Assembly: GCA_958009085.1 (NCBI GenBank)
Contig: OY253673.1
Location: 186,001 to 250,000, forward strand
Origin: Protoeuglena noctilucae
Taxonomy: Eukaryota
Length of the DNA: 64,000 nucleotides
Direction: 5' to 3'
Part shown: positions 12,454-23,474 of the stretch, in pieces
Position numbering within the stretch: position 1 is the stretch's first letter
How the letters are laid out: each line of letters starts with the position of its first letter
Notes under the pieces: model-generated
Database searches by the model: none
What the model was told of the DNA's origin: nothing
What the model saw: the letters and a program-made list of their open reading frames with translations, nothing else
Translations under genes and position numbers: made by a program

Positions 12454-14702
12454 TTAATTTTCGCTGCGGGCGTCCCCGCGTGCCTGTCGGACGGAGCTGA
12501 CCACTGCGCTCCCCGCGTGGCCGGCCCACGTCCCTGCGCGCACCAGTCCCTGTCGCACCCCCGACCACAGCGTCCCCAGGGCGACCTCCACATGCCGCAC
12601 CGCCATCCGCGCTCCACGCGCCGCGCGCAGCTGCGTGCATGGCGTGGCCAGGCGCGGCTCACTTACCCTAGCGCCAATGAGTCGTCCCACTCAGCAAGGG
12701 CGCAACGATGCCCATGGCAACTCACCAGAGGGTGCTGCTCGTCGTTCTGTTCGGCCATGCGTCTGCTGGTCCTTGCGGCCTCCGCCGCACGCGCCTCGTG
12801 CTCCCTCGCTGCCATCCTCGCGCGGTGCGCCATTTGCTCGGCCTTGTACGCCTCCTGGAAGGCGCGTCGGGCCAGCCGCTCCGCCTGCGCGTGTGACGAT
12901 GACAAGAGACGTTGCCAATAGCACCAGAGACCATGCCTTGACGGGTGAGGCAGCTTCCCTGTCCACGGCATGGGCAGGTTTGCCCATCTCACCTCCAGCA
13001 GGCTGTCCTCGCTCATAACCTGCATGGCCCGGGAAGCGCGGCTGGCATACGCAGCGGCGTCCGCGGCCGCCTTGGACGCCACTGCCGCGGACGATGTCGC
13101 CGTCATGGCCTCTGCTGCCGCCGACTCGGCCGCCTCTGACGCCCGCTCCGAGGCTTTCAGTGCCGCCGCCACCCGCTGCTGCATGGCCCAGGAGTTGAGG
13201 TGGCCGCTGCGCACCAGCCGGTGGTCCTCCTCCACCTCTGCGGGCAGCACGCGTCGAGGTCAGGACCACTCGCAACAGCAAACAAGCGCCGCTGGCCCAC
13301 CCGGCCCGGCCCAGAAGTCTCTGTCAGGCCAGGATGGGGTAGGGGCAGTGTTGGTAATGAGGGGTGTCACCAATCTGACTTGCTTCGCTCCACCGGTCCC
13401 ACGTCCCCGGCTTCTCCTCCCTGTCGTATCGCGTGCGGACCTGCGAGGCCCAGACAGGAAACGAGACAAGTCCTTTGCACACCCGGCCTAGATCGACTGT
13501 GAAAACAAGGGACAGTCGCACCCGCCAGCCCCTCGCCTGCCCCGCCTCCTGCTCCAGCTCCCACGGCGCGCGCCCGGCCATCGTCGCGGCCGTGGATGCC
13601 CACGCGGCGTCGCGGTCGGCACCCCCGTTCGACTGCGCGCCGTCTTGCCCCGGGTCCTGCCCCGAGGCCCCCGCACGACCATCGTCCCACTCCCCAACCC
13701 GTTGGTCCCCACCCCGTTCAGCTCCGTTGCCCGCGCCATCGCGCCCCGCGTTCGCGGGCTGCCGGGCGCGCTCGTCGCCTGCGGAAGGGCCTCCCGGGGT
13801 GGATGGTGTGGCCGTCCGGGGTGCCCCTGGGGCTGGGCGCGCCCCTGTGCTGGGCGCACGTGGGCCCCGGTCCATGTGGGCCGGGAATACCCTCGTTTGC
13901 AGGAGGTGGTGATCCGGTCTCTGCGCCCGGTACTTGGCCGCCACCGTTAGGAGGAACCACGACGCACCCACCGCCATGGCCACCGTCGCACCGCCCCCGA
14001 TCCTCCGGAGCGCGCTCGGCTGCTCTGCGTGGGCCGCGCTTGCAGAACGGAAGTGAGCGAGGACCGACCCATCACCTCGCACTGCACCAGCCTGGGCCTG
14101 TGCTGCAGTGTCACGCACCAAACTCCTTGTCCCATGACTGCCGGGCCAGGCCCCAGCCCTCCAGCGCCTCCTTCGACTGCTCGGCTAACTGCAGCAACTC
14201 CCGCCCCGACTCCTCCTTCACCCTGGCGTTGCCCTGCGGGGAGGATGGCCGCCCTGTCAGCTGGGGCGGACGCGATGCGCCCCCGCTGGGATCGGGATTC
14301 TCACCTGCTCGTTGAAGGCATAAACAGCCGAGGAGTCCTCCGAGTCTTGCGACTTCGCAGCTGGCGGCACAGACACGCTCGGCTCCTCTGGGGTCGCCGG
14401 GGATGCCGGTGGAGCGGGGCCAGCGGGCTCGGATGTGGTGCTGGGCTCCTGCTCGGGCTTGTGCTCCTGCTCAGGCGCCTCTGCGTCGCAGGGACGCAAT
14501 TGCAAGCCCTTGTGAGGAAGCTGGCGGTTTTTGTCGAGCCTGCTCGCCAAAATCGGCGAATCTTCTCACGTTGAAGTGGGCGCATGAACTTTTCCCACCA
14601 AGCGCGCGGGATGACGGCCCTGGGTCGCGCCCGCGCGTAGACAAGGCTTCGACGGACACCCAGCGCCTGGTGGTTAGCCGTACGAGGGCCTGGGCTCGCC
14701 AT
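12454..14702 (-). CDS. Hypothetical protein with possible transit peptide, a hydrophobic segment and an Ala-rich coiled coil
   Basis: Exons include GGGATVAMAVGASWFLLTVAAKY and RVAAALKASERASEAAESAAAE...AREHEARAAEAAR. Boundaries approximate. Confidence 0.5.
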
Positions 14703-14949
14703 GCTGGCGCGCCCGACCATCGTCGCTGGTGCTCCACAAGGCGCGCCTGGGAGAGTGCAGCTGGGCGCAGATTGCTACGATCTGATGTGCAAACTCAAGA
14801 GGACGCGGAAAGACGATCCTTCGCGACCGGTGTCTGGCGACGGTGCCCTCCCCGGTTTCGCGCGGGGTTCCTGAGCCCCGCCGCCGCCCCTCTCCCGCCC
14901 TCTCCCGCTAGATCATCATCGCACAGGCCCCTGCTTGTGTGAGAACCCC

Positions 14950-14990
14950 TAAAACTACAAAAAACACAAAAAGCGTAAAACCAAGCAAGG
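14950..14990 (+). promoter_or_regulatory. A-rich tract upstream of PABP, candidate autoregulatory 5' UTR element
   Basis: taaaactacaaaaaacacaaaaagcgtaaaaccaagcaagg ends about 75 nt before the ATG and stands out against the GC-rich background. Confidence 0.6.
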
Positions 14991-15063
14991 CGGCGGCCAC
15001 ACGGGCCTCTCCTTGCTAAAACCCACGAGGACAAGTTCCTTCGAACGACTTGCGAGAGCAAAC

Positions 15064-16904
15064 ATGGCAGCTGTCGACGCAGCGGCGCCCCCGGCCGCGC
15101 CCCTCGAGGCCCGGACCCCGGCGGTGGCGCAGCCCCCCCAGACGTCCCTCTACGTCGGCGACCTCCAGCCCGACGTGCTGGACGAGGATCTCTACAACGC
15201 CTTCAGCAAGGCGAGTGGCGGCTCGTCCCCGCGACCCCTCTGCGCCCCGATTCGCGCGTGCGGCGCGCTCGGGTCGATTGAGGGATGCAGTGGTGCGCCT
15301 CCTGCGTGGCCGCGCGCCCTCTGGACGCCGAGCCCGCTCGTATCCACGGCCGCTCCGCTGCGCCCGCGTCGTCCGCCGCGGTGCGCCCTCCCCGGGACCC
15401 AGGCCGAGCGTTTCGCACTCGAAGCATTGCTGGGTAGTCGGCGCGACGGGCGGGGCGCGCCGATGCCGCCCTTCGCCGCCGGCCTCGGGTGCTGGGCCGT
15501 GCTTCGGCGTGTTTGTCCCCTTCCCGAGCCCGTGGCGCTCGCCGGCGGCACCCAGTGCTGATTTCGATGTCATGAATCTCGGGGGAATCCCGCTGCGCCC
15601 CCCCGCCGCGGCTCACGCGGCCCCCCCCCCCTCGTGCCCGGCCCGCAGTTCGGCACCGTCACCTCCGTCTACATCTGCCGCGACACGTACACGCGCAACT
15701 CCCTCGGGTACGGCTACGTCAACTTTGCGCCCCAGGAGCACGAGAACGCCCGAAAGGCGATCGAGGAGCTCAACTACCAGGCCATCAAGGGCCGTCCCAT
15801 GCGCATCATGTGGGTGCGCCGCGACCCGACGCTCCGCAAGACGGGCAAGGGCAACGTCTTTGTCAAGGTGATTCCTTCCGCCAGTGCCCGCGCTCCCGAC
15901 CGCCGGCAGATGGCGAGGCTGCGCGGCCGCCGGCTCTGCAGCCGTCGCTTGTGTGCAAAAGCCGCCCACGTCTCTCTCCCGCTCAGAACCTGGCCGAGGA
16001 CATCTCGGTCCGCGACCTGTACGAGGTGTTCAAGGACAACGTGGGCCCCGTCATGTCGTGCCGCGTGGCGCGTGACCCGCGCACCAACAAGTCGCGGGGC
16101 TACGGCTTCGTCCACTTCGAGAACGACGCCGACGTCGAGAAGGCGCTGAAGCTGTCCGGCCTCGAGCTGGGCGGCAACATCATCGAGGTGCAGCAGTACC
16201 TGCGCAAGACGGAGCGCGCCACGGCCGAGACGCGCTTCACCAACATCTACGTCAAGAGCCTGCCCGCCTCGGTTGACACCAACGACAAGTTCGTCGAGCT
16301 CTTCAGCCAGTTCGGGGCGGTGAGCGCGGTGGGGGACGTACAGGGGACGCACGGCGCGACGCGGCCGCTCTCGTCGCTGCTTGCCACGGCCGCCCCCCTT
16401 TGCTGCTCTCCAGATCACCAAGTCGGCGTTGATGTTCGACAACGAGACGGGCAAGTCCAAGGGCTTTGGCTTCATCAACTTCGAGAAGCATGAGGACGCC
16501 CAGCGCGCCATCGACGAGATGCACGAGAAGGAGGTGGACGGGCAGCGCATCTACTGCGCCCGTGCCCAGCAGAAGGCGGAGCGCGAGCGCCACCTGCGCC
16601 AGCAGCTGGAGGAGCGCCGCCGCCAGCGCATCAAGGAGATGGAGGGGCGCAACCTCTTCGTCAAGAACCTCGCCGACAGCGTCACGGACGACCGGCTCAG
16701 GTGCGAGGCGGGGCCGGCTGGGTCATATGGGGCGGGAGCTGGCTGGGCTGGACGGCACGGGCCGGGTGCTGCGAGTCAGCCAGTGGAGGCAGCAGAGAGC
16801 CCTGGGCGTGCCCGTGTTGCCTGGCACGGACCCGCCTTTGCTCCGTCCCCTGCCCGACGCGAGCTGGCGCCCCCGTCTCTCTCGCGCAGGGAAATGTTCT
16901 CCGA
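15064..16904 (+). CDS. PABP: Cytoplasmic poly(A)-binding protein (RRM1-3 and start of RRM4; truncated by the gap)
   Basis: [70 protein letters not shown]. Confidence 0.96.
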
Positions 16905-17104
16905 NNNNNNNNNNNNNNNNNNNNNNNNNNNNNNNNNNNNNNNNNNNNNNNNNNNNNNNNNNNNNNNNNNNNNNNNNNNNNNNNNNNNNNNNNNNNNNNN
17001 NNNNNNNNNNNNNNNNNNNNNNNNNNNNNNNNNNNNNNNNNNNNNNNNNNNNNNNNNNNNNNNNNNNNNNNNNNNNNNNNNNNNNNNNNNNNNNNNNNNN
17101 NNNN
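16905..17104. other. Assembly gap (200 N) hiding the 3' ends of PABP and FAS1
   Basis: Run of N. Confidence 1.
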
Positions 17105-20100
17105 TACCCTTCCGTGGGAGGCGCCAGGCCCGCGTGGGTGAAGGACGTCAGCAGGCGGGCGCCGTCGGCCTCGCGGGCGAAAGGGCAGCGGGGCCCACAC
17201 GCCGCGGGCGCCGGGACCAGGAGCCGTAGAAGGGCGGGCGGACGGGGGCGGAGACGTCGCCGTCGTCGCCGCGGATGGCGAACCAGAGGAACTTGCGGCG
17301 GTGCGTGGAGGCGGTCGCACGGAGGGCCGCCCCGCCGCACCCGAACCGCCGCACCAGCGCCGCCTCCACGCCGTCCTCCCCGGCAGCGGCGCCGCGACGC
17401 CGGGCCCCATGCGGGCGGGCGGCCCCACACGCGGCGGCGCTGCCCTCCCTCGCGGCGCCACCGGCCCAGGAGCCCCTCCACGCCGCCCCACGGGCCCTCC
17501 TCGGGCAGCCCGCCCCGCATGGCCTCGTCCACCTCCCGCGCGCGCTCCTCGCTGAGGCGACGGGACAGGTCCCGCACGCCCGGCGCGGCCGCGGGGGACG
17601 GCGCGGGCCGGTCGGCCGCCACTGCGAACCGCGGGCGAGGGTGCGGCCCCTGCCGGACGCTGGACGAAGGCGCTGAGCAGGGAAGCGCTGGCCTTCATCG
17701 ACTTGGCCGACCCCAGCCCCGCCTTCTGCGCCGCCTTCTCCGCCTTGCGCTCCGCCCTCTCCTGCGCCTTCACCACCGACTGCGCCTTCTGCGATGGGGC
17801 TAGGGTACGTGACATCGCTCCACGCACTCTCGGGGCTTCCTACTGCAGCGCCATCCTGCACCTGGCCCCTCCCATCCCGCGACTCGCCTTCTCGGCCTTC
17901 TTGGCCTCCGCGCCGCCCTGTTTCTCTGCCTTGGCACGCTCCCTCTCAGCTTCCTTGGCCCGTCGCTCCTCCTCCCGCCGCTCGCGCCGCGCCCGCTCCT
18001 CCGCAGCCACCGCCGCCGCCTCCGCCTCCACGCGTGCCAGCGTGTCGCACTTCGCCATCGCTTCCCTGGCGCGCTTGGCGGCCCTCGCCCACCCCCGCCC
18101 GCCCCGCTCCAGCGCCGCCGCCAGCGCCCCCACCGCCCGCAGCCGCTTCGAGGCGCCGCGGGCCACCGCCCGGCTCCGCTTCGCCTCCTCCCGCGCCTGG
18201 CCCTCCGGCAGCAGCGTCACGCGGTCCACCTCCCACCGCCACAGGGTGCCAGGCGCATCGCTCTCCCAGTCGACCTCCACTGCGACGAGTGAGCAGTTCG
18301 GGCAGTGCGTCGGGAAACGCAGTGCGACGCCGCAACGGCGCCGGCCAAGAGCTGTCGCGTACTATGCACTGCTTCGGCACTACTCTCTGGTATTACCTGA
18401 GGTGGTCTCCCGCCCTTCCCAGGCGCGCCGCTTGGCCAGCTTGACGATGCGCGCGCGGGTGGCCTCGACTGACGCGTCCGGCACGCCCGCCGCGGCGTTG
18501 ACATGCTCCGCCAGCCTCGTCAGCGGCAGAGTGCTCCCCTCCACCAGGATCGCCAGCGCTGCAGTTGCGGGCGGCAGTGACACAGGTCGTCGTGTGGCAG
18601 CAGACCATCGTATGCAGCAATTAACTGTGTCAAAGAAGCAGACATGGATACAAACAGGCGCACGATAAAGTTAGGAGCGCCTTCCTCAACCGTCAGCACT
18701 CCCCTCTTTACACGCCCGCACCTGTGTCGCTCAGCTCTCGGCCTTGCGCCTCGCCCACCGCCGCCTCCACCAGCGCGGCCGGGAACGCCGGGGTCCGCAG
18801 TGCCGCCCGCAGCGCCGCCATCTCCTCCTCACAGTCCCGCGTCTCCGTCAGTCTCTCGGCATCTGTTGGCGTTGGTGCGGCACCCTCCCCATCACACGCC
18901 TCGCTTCCCCCCCCAGCACCAGCGTCCGCCGCCCCATCGCTGCCCGCTGCCTCTCCGCCCGGCCCATCCCTCTCTGGAGCTGCCGACCCCTCTGCTGCTC
19001 CAAGGCCGGCCTCCACCTCCGCCTCTCTCGGCGTCGTCGACACTGTCCCTGCCCCCGCCTCGTCTCCAGGCAACCGTGGCTCTGCGTCACCCGCAGCTTC
19101 AGCCCCTGCCGCAGCCTCTGCCGCCGCCTGAGCCCCAGCCTGAGCCCCAGCCTCTGCTGGTGCGTCCTCGCTCGCCCCCGTGCCGCCCTCCTCGTGCGCA
19201 GCCTTGGCCTTCTTCCGGTGCTGCGCCACCCACGAGTCCACCTGCTTCACGTCGTACCCCAGCTCCGACGCCACCTCCTCCCTCGCCCGCTTGTCGGGTC
19301 TCTGTGGCGGCAAGGCACAGACACGTCATTGGCAAGCCCATGCGTGGTGTGACCACGCGCATGTATGGCTGTGCGGCAGATACCCAGGGCTCCTGGGACC
19401 CGTCCCCAGCGATGCAAGTCGCTTACCGGGTTCTCGGAGAGGAGCCGCGCGATGCGGGCGTCGACGGCCTGGCGCTTGGCGGCACGCTGCTGCTGGAACC
19501 ACCTGCGGACCTGGGCGCGGCTCAGCGACAGCGCCGAGGCCAGCGCCTCGATGCGAGGCGGCAGCGGCAGCGTCAGGCCGCCCTTGCACTCTGAAGGGGG
19601 CGGGGCAAGAGGCAGAGTAAGTCACGAGTGCCAGGCAAGGCATGAGCGGGTGCCCCAGCTGTGTGTCGCCCGCGTCCGTGCATGATGTCAATACCCACTC
19701 ACCGGAGTCCAACTCCTCCTGTAGTTGGGCCAGCTGCTCTGGGCTCAACTCCGGCCGCTCCCTCTTGCGACCCTTGGCAGCCGTCCCGCCGCCCTCAGCG
19801 GGTGCAGGCGCAGGTGTGGGCGCTGCCTCTGCCCCGCCGGCCGGCGATGGGATCTCGTCACGCTGCGAGCCCTCCCGTTTCCTGCGTGGTTCCGAGTCCC
19901 TTTCGTCGTTCCTGGGAGTCTCTTGCTCTGGGTTTGCCACACCCCTAGGTGTCTGTGAGGGCCTAACACAAACAGGAGGTCAGAAGACGACACGCAGTGA
20001 CCGCCCAGCCACCGCCCGGACGCCGTGCATGCATGCGTGCCATGCAGCGAGGAAGGCCGCGTCGCAAGTGCCGCACCTCTGGAATCTGCCGATCCACATC

Positions 20101-20350
20101 GCCCCCAACTGGCTCGCGTGCAGCTGTTGCCGGGGTGTGGCCCTTCTCTGCCACTTCCTGCACGCGCGAAGGAAACAGATATGGATGAATGTACGACTGG
20201 GATTCGCGTTCCCTCCTGCAGCCCGACCACGCGTCAACTCGCCTTGGCTTCCTTGGCCCAGGTCGGCTCCGCGGCCGGCTCAGGGGTCATCAACACAGCG
20301 CACCCGCTCCTCTTGTCTGCGACATTCGCATCATTGTCCTCCTGCGCCAT
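17105..20350 (-). CDS. FAS1: Chromatin assembly factor 1 large subunit (FAS1/CHAF1A-like) with two N-terminal homeodomain-like modules; 3' part in the gap
   Basis: AILVEGSTLPLTRLAEHV and ESDAPGTLWRWEV match the plant FAS1 N-region, followed by a K/E/R-rich helix and RKFLWF...RPPFYGSW (CAF1A motif). Apparent indels near the gap. Confidence 0.8.
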
Positions 20351-20858
20351 TTGGGTACCAGGATGCTCAGGAGGTTTCAGCAGCGATGCGTGACCCATGG
20401 CCCAGGGCGCGCGCGGCGACGACGCCGCATTGCTGACGCCGCACTTGTAGCGTGACGTCATTGAAACTTATTGCGCGCGCACAAGCGCGTGGCGGCTGCG
20501 CGCCGGGCCCTCAAATTTCAAATGGCGTGTTTGAACTGGGTGGACCTCGGCAGGCCGCGCTGCCTCGACTCACCGTAGCCGCTCGCGCGCACGTGGCAAC
20601 TTCCCCCTCTCGTGGTCGTCGAGAACCATCCTGCGCCTTTTGCCACATCTTTGCGAGCATCTTCCCGCCCACACGCCAGGCAGCCGGCTATCTAGCGCAC
20701 CCAACAGGGCAGACTCCAGCCAGACGTACGCTTCAATGCGGCCATGCCTAATCGGCGCTGATGGCGTGACAGTGGAGGAATGTGACCGGGAATGGAAGGG
20801 GTTTTGGGTTCTGACGCAGACCAAACTCAGACAGTGGCTAAGACGCTGGCTACGTTCC

Positions 20859-21531
20859 TCAGCCGCGACTGCTGCGACCTCCGAACAGTGCGGCCCCCAG
20901 AAGCCCGAGGGCCACCACCCCGGCACCCACCACGCCCACCCCAATGAGCCCCTCCTTGACGATGCGGTCCTCGACCTCGTCCAGCAGACGCTGGGCCTGC
21001 CGATGCCCTTGCGGCGAGAGAACCAGTGTGCGCAGCTTCTCTTTCGCCGCAGAGTAATGCCCGAGCCGGTAGTCAGCGACCGCGTTGATGAAGAGCACGT
21101 GCCGCCACGCCTCGTCCCGCCGGTCGCCCATTTCCGACAGCATCTCGCGCCCCAGCCGCTGGGCCGTCGCCACGTTCTCCTCCCTGCAAGGATCGAGGCA
21201 TGCCCGCTGTCTCGTCTCCACACTGTGAGCAAACGACTCCGCGAGGCACCCTAGGAGCAAACGCACCGGTCCGAGTGCGCCAGCGCGTACGCCAGCTGGA
21301 CCTGAGCGTCGAAGAAAGCCCCCCCTCCCTGTGCTTGCGCATCGTTGTACGCCTGCGGGTGGGGGCGGGCGATGCAGCAACGATGCGCAAACGCATCGCG
21401 TATGTGCCTCAGGGCCATCGCAGACGCTGTCGTTTGGATATGTAACGTTTCCACGGCATCGCACCCACCTGTCTGCACGCGGCCAGGGTCCCGTTGTCGA
21501 CCAGCTCCAGCTGGTCGCTATTGATTACCAT
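20859..21531 (-). CDS. FIS1: Mitochondrial/peroxisomal fission protein FIS1
   Basis: [15 protein letters not shown]-like [24 protein letters not shown]...[12 protein letters not shown], and a C-terminal tail anchor. Confidence 0.9.
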
Positions 21532-21785
21532 CTTGCAACGCGTCCTCCCCACCATGCACAGCTCGCCGCAGTCCCAGTAGCCACAGATGGAGCGTTTCAA
21601 CTAAGGATGACGTTCCTGCGAAACAACAGCGGCCACTCTCACAATGCGAGCCGTGGGGCCACCCTCCTCTGGCGCTCGGCCTGACTCCGAACTCAAGGCG
21701 CTGCACCAGCTGCCGGAACCGGCCACAGGTGCCTGGTTCGTCAACTCGGTCCGCGTCAACTGACCTGCCGAGTCGTGATTGTGGG

Positions 21786-22866
21786 ATGGCAGGAACCTGC
21801 TCCTTGCCAGCGGCCAAGGTGGCCCCTGGGCCCCTGTCTCGGCAGCGGGGGAATGCCGTTCGACGGGGTGTGCGGGTACATGCGGGGAAGGACCAGCCGG
21901 TGCTTCTGGAGGTCAAGGGGCTGACTGCAAAGGTAAGCGCGTGGGTGCGGCCTCCCTTCTGGGTCATGAAGGCAGCTGCCGGCCTCGGGACCTGTGCTCC
22001 GCTCTTGTCTATTCGACGACTCTGCCGTCTTGCACGGCCTGGCCGTCGTCGTCCACCGCTCAGGTTTGCGCGGAGGGATAGCACAGGCGGCCGCTGCTCC
22101 GGCCGCGATGCCGGCGCGTCGCGGAGGCGCGGGCCCGCTGCGTCGCCACACAGATCGCTGTTCGCCTTCAGAGCCCGCGCATGCCCTCGCATTGTATTCT
22201 CGCTGTGCGCCTCGCGAGGACGGCCTCCCACTCCCGACTGCACCCATCCAGATCGCCGCGACGGGGCAGGAAATCCTCAAGGGCGTGAATCTCACGGTCC
22301 GGGAGGGCGAGGTGCATGCCATCATGGGGAAGAACGGGAGCGGCAAGTCCACGCTTTCCAAGGTGCTCGTCGGCCACCCCGACTACGAAGTCACGGGCGG
22401 CGAGGTCGTTTACAAGGGTCAGGACCTCCTCGCCATGGAGCCGGAGGAGCGGTCGCATGCCGGGGTGTTCCTGTCCTTCCAGGCGAGCTGCCTGCCGCGG
22501 CGCGCGACTTCCCTCGGCTGGCCTGCGGGGCGTGCATCAGATCCTCCGCGCTTCCACCGCCCGCGCAGTCGCCGGTCGAGGTCCCTGGGGTGAGCAACAC
22601 GGATTTCCTGCGCATGTCGTGCAACGCGAGGCGCAAGGCGCTCGGGCAGCCCGAGCTGGACCCTTTGGAGTTCTACGCTTTCCTGACACCCAAGCTCGAC
22701 CTCCTCAAGATGGGTGAGGGCCCGCAGGAAGTCGGAAGTGCAACTTTGGGTAGCCAGGGTCCTACCGGTCACTGCCCATGGCTGCAGCCCGCGCCCAACA
22801 GCTGCACGCAATCGGTGCACTCATGCCCTCTCGCAGACATCCAGTTCCTCAATCGCAACGTCAACG

Positions 22867-22903
<37 letters not shown>

Positions 22904-23292
22904 TTTGCAGCTCGCCGTCCTGCAGGTGCGCCCGGAGGCCGCTGCTTGCCCTGCCGCGCGTTTGTTGTCTGTGCTGTGCCCACTGACCAGCGAGCCCCGC
23001 ATATAAGAAGCGAGATTCGCGCTGCCGTCGCCCGTCGCAGGCGGACCTGGCCATCCTGGACGAGATCGACTCGGGCCTGGACATTGACGCCCTCCGGGAC
23101 GTGTCGGGTGCAGTGAACGCGTTGAGGACTCCCAGCAACGCGGTGGTCATGATCACCCACTACCGCCGGCTGCTGGATCTCATCCGGCCCGACCAGGTGC
23201 ACGTCATGCGGGACGGGCGCATCGTCCAGAACGGGGGATTCGAGATCGTGGAGCAGTTGGAACAGGGGGGGTACTCGGCACTGGCGGCCTAG
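21786..23292 (+). CDS. SUFC: Plastid Fe-S assembly ABC ATPase SufC
   Basis: Transit peptide, [13 protein letters not shown] (Walker A), [51 protein letters not shown]. Confidence 0.97.
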
Positions 23293-23474
23293 CGTGGACG
23301 TTGCCGCGCATGAGACGGGACCAGCCCGCATTCAGTGCCTCGAAATGCGATTGCCCTGCTGTTTAGATTCAACACGCGGCACCGGGAGACCCGCACCAGT
23401 CCTAGCAGCGGGTGCAATGGATTGGTCGAACGTGACGAGAAGGCACGCCAATCGTTGGCGCGCACCAAAAACGC

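Noticed and set aside
17105..17830. FAS1 similarity hops between three frames (possible programmed frameshift or pseudogene)
   Set aside because: The hops lie next to the N gap, and the one I could place falls in a G/C run, so sequencing indels are the simplest explanation.
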